The notes beneath the pieces were generated by a model. That model searched no databases and was not told where the DNA came from. It saw only the letters and a program-made list of their open reading frames with translations. A DNA stretch of 64,000 nt, from the IMG/VR virus record IMGVR_UViG_3300020718_000007, positions 84,390 to 148,389 of that record, one strand, 5' to 3'. A program made the position numbers and the translations under genes. Numbering within the stretch: the first letter of the stretch is position 1; each line of letters starts with the position of its first letter. This document shows, in pieces, positions 56,098 to 64,000 of this stretch. Source of the DNA: a virus. Lineage: Duplodnaviria; Heunggongvirae; Uroviricota; Caudoviricetes.

Positions 56098-57165
56098 ATG
56101 AACTTACGGGAACTAGAAAATAGCGGGCATATAATATTTGAAGGCGTAGTAGGATCTCAGGCTTATGGGATTTCTACTCCTACTTCAGATATTGATACTA
56201 AAGGAGTCTTCATACAACCAATTGAAGATATTCTTGGTTTTGGATATGTGGAGCAAGTAAGTGATGCAAAGAATGATAGGACATTTTTTGAAATTCGTAG
56301 GTTCTTACAATTGTTACAAACAGCTAATCCTACAATGCTTGAACTCCTGAACCTTCCTGATGATTGTATCCGATATAAACATCCAATTATGGATCTTGTA
56401 ATGGTACACAAGGAAAGGTTCATTACAAAAGTTTGCAGGAATAGTTACGGTGGATATGCAGTAGAGCAAATCAAAAAAGCCCGTGGGTTGAATAAGAAGA
56501 TAGTAGAGGTGGGTGAAAAAATACCAGTTCGCAAAACCGTATTAGATTTTTGTTTCACCATAGAAAATTCCAGAAGTATTCCTTTAATGTTATTTTTGGA
56601 TAATAAAGGTTTGGACGTAAATAAATGCGGGCTTGCTAAAATTCCACATGGACATGATTTATACTCTTTATACTATTCAGAAGAACATACTTATAGGGGT
56701 ATTGCAGATGAAGATTCTGACGAGGTTAGATTAACATCTATACCAAAAGGAGAAGTACCGATTGCTAGCTTGAACTTCAACAAGGATGCTTATAGCAAGC
56801 ATTGTAAACAATATAAGGAAGAAGTAGAATGGATTGAAAATCGTAATCCTGCTCGATTTGCAGACAATCTGCTACATGGCAAAGGTTATGATGGTAAAAA
56901 TCTTGCACACTGCCACAGATTACTGGACATGGCTACAGAGATTGGAGAAGGAAAGGGAGTAGTAGTAAGAAGGCCCAACCGAGAACAACTATTAAGCATC
57001 CGTAGGGGTGAATATGATTATGACCAGTTAGTAACAGAAGCAGAGGATAAGATAAAGAGAATGGATGAGATCTTTGAAAAATCGGAGCTTCCGGGTGCAT
57101 TAGATAGGGAATTCGTAGACGAGTTGCTTATCAAAATGAGGAAGCAATATTATGGATTAGGCTAA
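56098..57165 (+). CDS. Pol-beta-superfamily nucleotidyltransferase (NTP_transf_2/Cid1-like GS...SDxD motif)
   Basis: GVVGSQAYGISTPTSDIDTKGV matches the hG[GS]x9-13DhD NTase signature; 355 aa, much larger than MNT antitoxins. Confidence 0.5.
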   Translation: MNLRELENSGHIIFEGVVGSQAYGISTPTSDIDTKGVFIQPIEDILGFGYVEQVSDAKNDRTFFEIRRFLQLLQTANPTMLELLNLPDDCIRYKHPIMDLVMVHKERFITKVCRNSYGGYAVEQIKKARGLNKKIVEVGEKIPVRKTVLDFCFTIENSRSIPLMLFLDNKGLDVNKCGLAKIPHGHDLYSLYYSEEHTYRGIADEDSDEVRLTSIPKGEVPIASLNFNKDAYSKHCKQYKEEVEWIENRNPARFADNLLHGKGYDGKNLAHCHRLLDMATEIGEGKGVVVRRPNREQLLSIRRGEYDYDQLVTEAEDKIKRMDEIFEKSELPGALDREFVDELLIKMRKQYYGLG

Positions 57166-57226
57166 GCGTAAACGCTAAGTCTATATAGGCTAAGGAAATG
57201 TATTAACTCATAAATTTATAACTTGT

Positions 57227-57481
57227 ATGGCATTAGTTAAAGAAAGGCTAAAGAGACTGGAAGACATTAAATCAGGAGAACGCACCTTGTTACAAGAAGC
57301 TCATGAAATGGTAGTCAACGAGGATTACCCGGATATTCCAGAAGCACTGGATTCCATTACAGATCAGGAGAATGTGGATTCTCTGATGCACTTGATGATA
57401 GAAGAAGAAAACTATGAACGATGTGCAGAAATTTTAAGGGAAAAAGAAGAGATCTTAACGACCATCGATGATGACGAGTAG
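57227..57481 (+). CDS. hypothetical acidic protein
   Basis: 84-aa ORF. Confidence 0.3.
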   Translation: MALVKERLKRLEDIKSGERTLLQEAHEMVVNEDYPDIPEALDSITDQENVDSLMHLMIEEENYERCAEILREKEEILTTIDDDE

Positions 57482-57525
57482 GTAAACCGATTTTTTAACA
57501 CAATCTAAACAACAAAGCAAAGCAA

Positions 57526-58119
57526 ATGGGACTAAATTTCTTACAGAGACTATTTTTTAAAGAGGTGCCAGAAAAGCCGGCACCTAAACAAAATGTAGTT
57601 ATTCCGAGCAGACAATCTGTACCAGCTCCAACATTACGGCCAGGGGCTACATTGAATAAATCGCCTCAACCGAGCGCGAGTAATTTAGTAACATCTAAAC
57701 CGAGAAGGGCGTTTGGTAACGACCTACGTAAGAAATACCGGTACAGAGGAAGAAATTATAGCTATAACGCTGCCGGATCATTAATAGACGATCTTGGGGA
57801 TCTGATTACGGACCTTGTTCTTTTGGATGATATTTTTGGTAATGGTCAAATGTATTACGATGATGGAATCGATCCAAATGTAATTCAACAGGATCAGCCA
57901 GTATATCAGGACCAGCCAGTGCAGCAGCCGGATCCAGTAGAAAACATTATAGAGCAAGCTTATACTACTGCTCCTACTGAAACATATACTTATACTGCAC
58001 CGGAGCCCGAAGCAGAAATATACAGTGCACCGGAGCCATCATATAGTTATAATAGCAATAGCAATAGCAACGATAATAATGATGATGATTCAGATGATTC
58101 AGATGATTCAGATGATTAA
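57526..58119 (+). CDS. hypothetical low-complexity protein (Pro/Gln-rich, Ser/Asn/Asp-repeat C-terminus)
   Basis: 197-aa ORF ending SNSNSNDNNDDDSDDSDDSDD. Confidence 0.35.
   Translation: MGLNFLQRLFFKEVPEKPAPKQNVVIPSRQSVPAPTLRPGATLNKSPQPSASNLVTSKPRRAFGNDLRKKYRYRGRNYSYNAAGSLIDDLGDLITDLVLLDDIFGNGQMYYDDGIDPNVIQQDQPVYQDQPVQQPDPVENIIEQAYTTAPTETYTYTAPEPEAEIYSAPEPSYSYNSNSNSNDNNDDDSDDSDDSDD
58036..58116 (+). repeat. short tandem codon repeats (AGCAAT x3; GATGATTCA x3)
   Basis: agcaatagcaatagcaac ... gatgattcagatgattcagatgattca. Confidence 0.5.
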
Positions 58120-58148
58120 TAATAATTGGTTATACATTCAATATTATT

Positions 58149-58180
58149 TAAGGAAGCTATTATTACACATAGCTTCCTTA
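58149..58180 (+). other. 11-bp perfect hairpin after the low-complexity gene (terminator-like, no U tract)
   Basis: AAGGAAGCTAT-TATTACAC-ATAGCTTCCTT. Confidence 0.35.
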
Positions 58181-58310
58181 AATAGTAGGGATACAAAATT
58201 GGTAGAGTAAAAACCCGAAAATACGATGAGTGTAGCACATTACGGTGGGACAACTAGGATAACATTGACCATTAATATGGTATGAAGATAACTTTTAAAC
58301 AAACAGCTCA

Positions 58311-59024
58311 ATGAACACAGAAATTATCAGTACTAAAGATTATAGTGTTTTTAAAACACTCAAGGGAAATCGTATTATTAACCAAAAGAATCTTCGTAGG
58401 ATTATAGCATCTATGCGAAAGAAAGTTCATCGATCCCCCATCCAGGTAAACGAAAGAATGGAAATTATTGACGGGCAACATCGATTGGAAGCTAGAAAAG
58501 AATTGGGTTTACCTGTTGAATACTATATTTCTAAGGGTGCCGATTTAACTACTGTTCAGGATTTAAATACCAATACAGAAAATTGGAAAATTGACGATTA
58601 TCTTAATAGCTACATTGAAAAGGGTCTTAAGGATTATATTATATACAAACAATTTCTAGATGCTTATAAATTTAATCATAGGATTACGATGTATTTGTTA
58701 ACAGGAGATACGCGAATTAATGAAGCAATCTTTAAAGAAGGTACATTTAAAATAAAAGACATCCAGCAAGCCTCAGAAATAGCTTCCAAAATAAATTTAG
58801 TTGGGGCTTATTATGACGGATATAAAAGAAGGACATTCTGTTATGCCTTCGTTGGTTGTTTAAAAAACAAAAAGTTTGTTTTTGAGGAATTCCTCAATAA
58901 ACTTTCTTACCAAAGGTCGAAACTGTTTGATTGTGCCAGAGTAGATCAATATCTGGAAATAATTGAAGAAATTTATAACTATAAACGATCTGCTAAAGAC
59001 AAGATCGTTTTAAGAAACCTATAA
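58311..59024 (+). CDS. ParB-like nuclease-domain protein
   Basis: IQVNERMEIIDGQHRLEARKELGL (ParB/sulfiredoxin-fold GxxR...DGxHR motif). Confidence 0.6.
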   Translation: MNTEIISTKDYSVFKTLKGNRIINQKNLRRIIASMRKKVHRSPIQVNERMEIIDGQHRLEARKELGLPVEYYISKGADLTTVQDLNTNTENWKIDDYLNSYIEKGLKDYIIYKQFLDAYKFNHRITMYLLTGDTRINEAIFKEGTFKIKDIQQASEIASKINLVGAYYDGYKRRTFCYAFVGCLKNKKFVFEEFLNKLSYQRSKLFDCARVDQYLEIIEEIYNYKRSAKDKIVLRNL

Positions 59025-59051
59025 TAGGGGGAATAGCCTATTAACTATTTT

Positions 59052-59375
59052 ATGGAAGATTTACAGGATTTTTTGCCACTTATAGTGGGCATCGCAATTG
59101 GTATAGTGATAATAGGTTTTGTTCTGCGAGGTACCATGCGAAAATTAAAGGGTAGTAGTCCGGTGCTTCCCATAGAAGAGGCAATGCATGGTCTATATGA
59201 TCAAATATCGTGGATAAAGGATATAGTCGGTATTCATAAAGAAGGTGGAGATATAGTGGTATATCTTGAATACTACCCGAATGTTGATAAGTTATCATTC
59301 ATACCCTTAATCTACGAAGGGTATAAAGTACAAATCAAACTTTTTGATGAAGTAGAATCAATAAGATTAAAATAA
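59052..59375 (+). CDS. hypothetical membrane-anchored protein
   Basis: N-terminal TM LPLIVGIAIGIVIIGFVL; 107 aa. Confidence 0.35.
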   Translation: MEDLQDFLPLIVGIAIGIVIIGFVLRGTMRKLKGSSPVLPIEEAMHGLYDQISWIKDIVGIHKEGGDIVVYLEYYPNVDKLSFIPLIYEGYKVQIKLFDEVESIRLK

Positions 59376-59387
59376 GAAATTAGTTAT

Positions 59388-60719
59388 ATGTATCAGGCAT
59401 CAGTGCTTAAAATTAAGAATGTAAGAGTACACACAAACGCGGATAAAGTATTATTAGGTACATGTCAGGGGAATCAGGTGGTCGTAGGTCTCGACACAAA
59501 GGAAGACGACTTAGGGGTTTATTTTCCATCTGATGGTGTTTTGAGTGCAGAATTTTGTAAAAATAATAACCTGTACAGGCACCCAGAATTAAATAAAAAT
59601 CCTGACGCTAAACCTGGAATGTTTGATTCCAATGGTAGGGTTCGTGCACAAAAGTTCAGAGGCGAAATATCTGATGGTTTTTTCGTACCATTTAGTTATT
59701 TCAGTTTCTTAAAAAGGAGCGAACAGGAACTTTTGAAAGAAGGTTTTGATTTCGATACTCTTGGTAAAACAGAAATTTGTTCTAAATATATTAACAAGGA
59801 AACTGCAAGAATTCTTAGAGAAACCAAAGCTAAGAAAACCAAAACTGCTAAATCCTCTGTAATGTTTAAGGAGCACTTTGATACCTCTCACTTTGGTGCA
59901 AATGTCCACAAATTTGGTAAGGGACAGTGGTTAATTGAAACCGAAAAGGTTCACGGAACTAGCTTCAGAGTTGGACACGTTCAAACAGACAGAAGGCTTA
60001 AGTGGTATGAAAAGTTCTTAACAACTATGGGTGTTAAGATCGACGCAAAAACTTGGGAATACCTAAATGGTACACGTAGGGTTGTAATAGAAGAAAGTTC
60101 TGGAAAACAATTCCATGATCCTACAATCCGTGAAAAGGCTTTCTTACTTTTCAAAGATAACCTAAGAAAAGGTGAAACTATCTACGGGGAAATTGTAGGA
60201 TTCGAATCAACGGGTGCACATATCATGCCACCAGCGGATACAACCAAAATGAAGGATAAGGCTTTCACTAAACAATATGGTGAAGTTATGGCTTACTCAT
60301 ATGGCTGTGCACCTGCCCAAAGTGATGTCTACGTTTATAGGATTACTTTTACAAACGAAGATGGACATTCTATTGATTATTCATGGGATGACGTTGTTAG
60401 ACGTTGTGCAGAACTTGGGGTTAAAACAGTTCCATTAATCAGAAAAATTACCTTTGAAGAATTAGCATTGAAGGGTATTCTTGAAACAGGAAAAGAAACT
60501 GTTGATGATAGGGATACTCAAGCAGCTTTTGTAAAAATGGTAGAAGAAGATGCTAAAGGAGCATCTGTAATAGATCCACGTCATATTAAGGAAGGTGTGT
60601 GTGTAAGAATTGAAGGTGGATTAAATAACCAGACTTTTAAATTTAAGAGTTTCGAGTTTAAGTTCTTAGAAGGTATTATTAAAGATTCTGGTGTAGTTGA
60701 TATGGAAGAATCAAGTTAA
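59388..60719 (+). CDS. ATP-dependent RNA ligase, Rnl2-like
   Basis: motif I IETEKVHGTSFRVG (KxHGxxF), motif III ETIYGEIVGF, motif IV EGVCVRIEGG, motif V FKFKSFEFK. Confidence 0.6.
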   Translation: MYQASVLKIKNVRVHTNADKVLLGTCQGNQVVVGLDTKEDDLGVYFPSDGVLSAEFCKNNNLYRHPELNKNPDAKPGMFDSNGRVRAQKFRGEISDGFFVPFSYFSFLKRSEQELLKEGFDFDTLGKTEICSKYINKETARILRETKAKKTKTAKSSVMFKEHFDTSHFGANVHKFGKGQWLIETEKVHGTSFRVGHVQTDRRLKWYEKFLTTMGVKIDAKTWEYLNGTRRVVIEESSGKQFHDPTIREKAFLLFKDNLRKGETIYGEIVGFESTGAHIMPPADTTKMKDKAFTKQYGEVMAYSYGCAPAQSDVYVYRITFTNEDGHSIDYSWDDVVRRCAELGVKTVPLIRKITFEELALKGILETGKETVDDRDTQAAFVKMVEEDAKGASVIDPRHIKEGVCVRIEGGLNNQTFKFKSFEFKFLEGIIKDSGVVDMEESS

Positions 60720-60725
60720 AGACAT

Positions 60726-61070
60726 ATGGAAAATAATGGTTTAAGTAACGAGGAAATCGACGTAGTAAATCAGTTAACGAATATTCCCGAGGAATATAGA
60801 AACTCTTTACTCGCTTGTAAGACTCATGAAGAGTTTACTCAAAAACTTGACGAAATTACGAAAGTGGGGGAAAACCTTCTACGAGCATCTCTGAATCAAT
60901 TTAAAGCGACCAGAAATGAAATTCGTAGAAGGTTATCTTTGATGGGTCTGACTGAAGAGGATCTAATAAATAAACTCGCAGAGGAAGAAAATTACGAGGC
61001 TGCGGATAAGTTTGTTAAGGCAAACGATTTAATAAAAAGAACCGAAGAATTATTAAAAAAGGAAAACTAA
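60726..61070 (+). CDS. hypothetical coiled-coil protein
   Basis: 114-aa ORF. Confidence 0.35.
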   Translation: MENNGLSNEEIDVVNQLTNIPEEYRNSLLACKTHEEFTQKLDEITKVGENLLRASLNQFKATRNEIRRRLSLMGLTEEDLINKLAEEENYEAADKFVKANDLIKRTEELLKKEN

Positions 61071-61186
61071 CTGTTTAGTAGCTCCTGTACCCTTGTATGG
61101 CCTAGCCAGAAACTCGGATAAGTTCAGCAGGATGCGACGAATAAAAGGGTAAAAATAAGTTGGGCAGTTGGTATAAAGATAATAGT

Positions 61187-61387
61187 ATGGAAGAATCTGT
61201 TAATGAGAAGAATTCAAGAATGATGCGGGAATTATTGGAGGCTAAGAAGATAGCAACCAAAATGGATAATAAATTTGCTAAAAATAACAAAAACAAAAAA
61301 CCCAGCACTATAAAAAAATTAAATAAACAAATAACAAAAGCTGCCCATAAATCTGAAGATGGTTCTGATATATGGGGGATGCTATAA
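61187..61387 (+). CDS. hypothetical Lys-rich small protein
   Basis: ATG at 61187 inside the track ORF 61160-61387 (which has a TTG start); the antisense hydrophobic ORF is rejected. Confidence 0.3.
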   Translation: MEESVNEKNSRMMRELLEAKKIATKMDNKFAKNNKNKKPSTIKKLNKQITKAAHKSEDGSDIWGML

Positions 61388-61397
61388 AATACTAAAT

Positions 61398-61652
61398 ATG
61401 CCAAGAAAGTACACACAGCCAAAATTAGAAAAAGGAACTTCCCACATCAAAAAATTTACGGAAGAAGATTTGATGGAAATCTATAACAAGAAAAGTTGGC
61501 CTTATAAGGTCAAGATTCTTGAAAAGGCTTTAAAGGAGGCATTATTGGGTCAAAGAGATCCACTGATTCAATTCTTAGCCAATGCTATGGATTACGAATA
61601 CGCATCCGGTGAAGATGAAACAACTAAATGGACAAAAAAACAAACCAAATAA
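61398..61652 (+). CDS. hypothetical protein (IYNKK..KVKILEK domain, paralog of 61815-62348)
   Basis: internal Met of track ORF 61359-61652 chosen to avoid overlap; shares EIYNKKSWPYKVKILEKALKE with the downstream gene. Confidence 0.35.
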   Translation: MPRKYTQPKLEKGTSHIKKFTEEDLMEIYNKKSWPYKVKILEKALKEALLGQRDPLIQFLANAMDYEYASGEDETTKWTKKQTK

Positions 61653-61653
61653 A

Positions 61654-61818
61654 ATGGCAAAGATAGAAAAACCAAAAATCAGGATTACATTCGTTCCGAA
61701 CGGAAAAGTTATTTGTGAATCCTATGAAAGGACAGATAATGGTATCCATTGGGTAAATGGTACTATTCATGGGTATTGTACCCATGAATTGATTAAGAAA
61801 ATCGAAGAAAATATATGA
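61654..61818 (+). CDS. hypothetical small protein
   Basis: MAKIEKPKIRITF...; this start immediately follows the preceding stop. Confidence 0.3.
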   Translation: MAKIEKPKIRITFVPNGKVICESYERTDNGIHWVNGTIHGYCTHELIKKIEENI

Positions 61819-62348
61819 GGTTAGAAAAGAAATATTTAGGCGAGCCTGTATTAAAAACAGTTACTTACTTAGCTCCCTGGCAACGGAATGAAGAAAGGCC
61901 TCTATCTGATCCTGAGGTCTACACCAAATTCTTCAGGAAAAAGATTAAGATTCAACATTACCATAAACCCTATGAATGGAATTTTTATGTCTATTTTATA
62001 GACGAGTCGAAAGGTAATATTGCATCCAATCGGATTATTTGGTATGGATATAATTTTATTAGTGATAGGAAAATGTCCAATGAACAAAAATCCTATAATG
62101 ATAAATTTCGCAGGAAGCCAAAGAAAGTAGTTACTTCTTCTAAAATTGTTTGGCCAAAACATTACAACGAAAAGGAAATAATGGGGATCTATAATAAGAA
62201 AACTCCTGAACAAAAAGTAAAGATACTCGAAAAGTCAATGGAAGTAAAAGGTGCAAAGGTTCACAAACTTGCAGTGGCCATGGGATATTACTATACCGAT
62301 GATTATGACGAATTAACCTGGGTAAAAAATAAATTGGAAATAAGATGA
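61815..62348 (+). CDS. hypothetical protein (C-terminal IYNKK..KVKILEK domain)
   Basis: EIMGIYNKKTPEQKVKILEKSMEVKG...LTWVKNK parallels 61398-61652. Confidence 0.35.
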   Translation: MRLEKKYLGEPVLKTVTYLAPWQRNEERPLSDPEVYTKFFRKKIKIQHYHKPYEWNFYVYFIDESKGNIASNRIIWYGYNFISDRKMSNEQKSYNDKFRRKPKKVVTSSKIVWPKHYNEKEIMGIYNKKTPEQKVKILEKSMEVKGAKVHKLAVAMGYYYTDDYDELTWVKNKLEIR

Positions 62349-62477
62349 TTTTATTAAAACCGACAACCGCTCTAATACATAAAGTAATTATTAGAGACGC
62401 GCGCGTAGACACAACCAAAATATTTAAACTAATTAAAGATTAACCTTTCGGTGCAGGTCAACCGATATAACAAACAA

Positions 62478-64000
62478 ATGGTAGCACATATCTTGAGTTA
62501 CTGGTGGCTGATAGTCCCACTATTATTAATTGTACTGTACAAGTTTACCTTGCGGGTACTACTAGGAATGATCATCGTTCCTGAAGACAAAATTGGTCTG
62601 GTGACCAAAAAATTCGTTCTGTTAGGTGCAAACCGAACACTCCCCGAAGGACGAATAGTAGCATTAAATGGGGAAGCAGGATATCAGGTAGATCCTCTAG
62701 CACCTGGTATCTATTGGGGTTACTGGGTCTGGCAGTATACCGTCAATTATGAAATCTTTACCGAGGTGCCAATTGGGCAGGTAGGATTGATAGAAGCAAA
62801 GGACGGAGCAACTTTACCAACCGGTGCGATGTTAGCACAAAGCGTAGAGTGTAACAATTTCCAGGATGGAAGATTATTCCTAAACAACGGCGGACAAAAA
62901 GGTAAGCAGAGACGCTACATTACCGCTGGTAAATATAGGATTAATACCCTTCTGTTCAAAGTTTCGATGGATGATATACAGGTTGTCCCTGCCGGTCAAA
63001 TCGGTATTATTACTGCACTGGATGGAGCACCATTAACACCAGGACAAATTGCGGGTGAGGAAGTAACTGGTCATAATAACTACCAGGATTTCGATGCTTT
63101 TATTAAGGCTGGCGGACAAAGGGGTTTACAAATTCAGCCAATTCTTTCCGGCTCCTATTCCCTTAACAAGTGGGCAGTAAAGGTTGATTTGGATAATATG
63201 ACTGAAGTGCCGATTGGCCACGTAGGTGTTGTTATCTCTTATGTCGGTAAAGATGGAGTAGATACTTCCGGTGTTGGATTTAAACACGGTAATATAGTAT
63301 CTCCTGGCGAAAAGGGTGTATCTAGCAAAGGATTTGATCCGGGTCTTTATGCTATCAATAAAAGGACGCATAAGGTTCAAAATATCCCGACTACAAACAT
63401 TGTCCTTAACTGGGCAGATGCTAAAAACGAAAGCCACAATTTAGATAAGAACCTTTCAACAATTACTGTTCGTTCTTCCGAAGGATTTCCCTTCAATTTG
63501 GATGTTGCACAAATCATCCATATTCCAGCAGATCAGGCGCCATATGTTACTGCACGTTTCGGATCGGTAGAAAACCTTGTAAGCCAGGTGTTAGAGCCTA
63601 CGATCGGTAACTACTTCCGTAACTCGGCTCAAAAATCTGGGGTTATTGACTTTCTTAATTCCCGTGTCGACAGGCAGAATGAAGCGAAAGCTACTATCTC
63701 TGAAGCCCTGAAGGAGTACAACGTAAATGCAGTGGATACCTTGATTGGTGACATCGTTCCGCCTCCTGAATTAATGAAACCTTTGACCGATCGTAAGATA
63801 GCGAAGGAGCAGGAAATAACCTATGATAGCGAAATGAAAGCCCAGAAAATCAGACAACAACTGGAAAGTGAAACTGCGTTGGCCAACATGCAGGGACAAA
63901 TCGTTACTGCTGATCAATCGGTTAATATAGCAGCCAAGAAAGCGGATGCAGCGGTTAAGGAAGCAGACGGTAAGGCGAAATCAGTAGTATTGGCAGCGGA
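62478..64000 (+). CDS. SPFH/band-7 (flotillin-like) membrane protein, 3'-partial at window end
   Basis: ORF open to the window end (not in the track); N-terminal TM ILSYWWLIVPLLLIVLY; SPFH-like segments QVVPAGQIGIITALDG and VPIGHVGVVISYVGKDG; C-terminal Ala/Glu/Lys-rich coiled coil typical of flotillins; GC content visibly higher than upstream. Confidence 0.55.
   Translation, partial: MVAHILSYWWLIVPLLLIVLYKFTLRVLLGMIIVPEDKIGLVTKKFVLLGANRTLPEGRIVALNGEAGYQVDPLAPGIYWGYWVWQYTVNYEIFTEVPIGQVGLIEAKDGATLPTGAMLAQSVECNNFQDGRLFLNNGGQKGKQRRYITAGKYRINTLLFKVSMDDIQVVPAGQIGIITALDGAPLTPGQIAGEEVTGHNNYQDFDAFIKAGGQRGLQIQPILSGSYSLNKWAVKVDLDNMTEVPIGHVGVVISYVGKDGVDTSGVGFKHGNIVSPGEKGVSSKGFDPGLYAINKRTHKVQNIPTTNIVLNWADAKNESHNLDKNLSTITVRSSEGFPFNLDVAQIIHIPADQAPYVTARFGSVENLVSQVLEPTIGNYFRNSAQKSGVIDFLNSRVDRQNEAKATISEALKEYNVNAVDTLIGDIVPPPELMKPLTDRKIAKEQEITYDSEMKAQKIRQQLESETALANMQGQIVTADQSVNIAAKKADAAVKEADGKAKSVVLAA

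Noticed and set aside
61102-61422. Minus-strand 106-aa hydrophobic ORF
   Set aside because: It is antisense to the Lys-rich + strand ORF. The + strand orientation agrees with all neighbours.

Overview
This AT-rich window is almost entirely coding on the + strand and reads as a contiguous piece of a T4-like (T4-core) myovirus genome. No CRISPR arrays, rRNA genes, integrases or transposases were seen. T4-type replication hallmarks are recognisable by motif: the gp32 ssDNA-binding protein, the gp61 primase, a UvsW-like SF2 helicase and a T4-like family-B DNA polymerase. The polymerase is encoded as two separate genes about 19 kb apart. The first carries the exonuclease motifs plus motif A at 23968-25386. 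The second carries motif B (KxxxNSxYG) and motif C (YGDTDS) at 44120-45286. Both topoisomerase II subunits (gp39/60-like and gp52-like) are present, with a complete DnaJ gene lying between them. A RuvC-like resolvase, a dUTPase, a DEDDh exonuclease, an Rnl2-type RNA ligase and a ParB-like nuclease-domain protein are also present. The 5' end holds structural genes, including a tail fibre with collagen-like Gly-X-Y repeats and a C-terminal intramolecular-chaperone (S74-type) autoprocessing domain. At 25956-35237 there is an accessory island of three glycosyltransferase genes, two of them giant (1148 and 1065 aa) and multi-domain, combining GT4, an FkbM-type methyltransferase domain, GT25, GT2 and a GT9-like domain. 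The island also carries a small NPPY amino-methyltransferase and an adenylate-kinase-family NMP kinase. Upstream lie a MoxR-type AAA+ ATPase/VWA-HExxH protein pair and a 58-aa Bacteroidota-type histone-H1-like ORF, which hints at a Bacteroidota host. At 48.2-55.0 kb a cluster of about 14 tRNA and tRNA-like genes is invaded by two paralogous GIY-YIG homing-endonuclease genes. Each sits behind a duplicated ~40-nt upstream repeat and has its stop codon inside the 5' end of the next tRNA. An HNH endonuclease and two Zn-finger/PD-(D/E)XK-like putative endonucleases complete the set. The cluster contains apparent isoacceptor duplicates (Phe-GAA, Val-UAC, Glu-UUC, Asp-GUC), two 84-86-nt tRNA-like genes with hairpin insertions, degenerate tRNA-like elements and a GC-rich structured non-coding stretch. 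Downstream are a Pol-beta-type nucleotidyltransferase, a small flanking ORF with an unidentified conserved-motif pattern, and the start of a flotillin/SPFH-family gene in a compositionally distinct 3' end. All anticodon assignments are manual folds and should be confirmed with tRNAscan-SE or ARAGORN.
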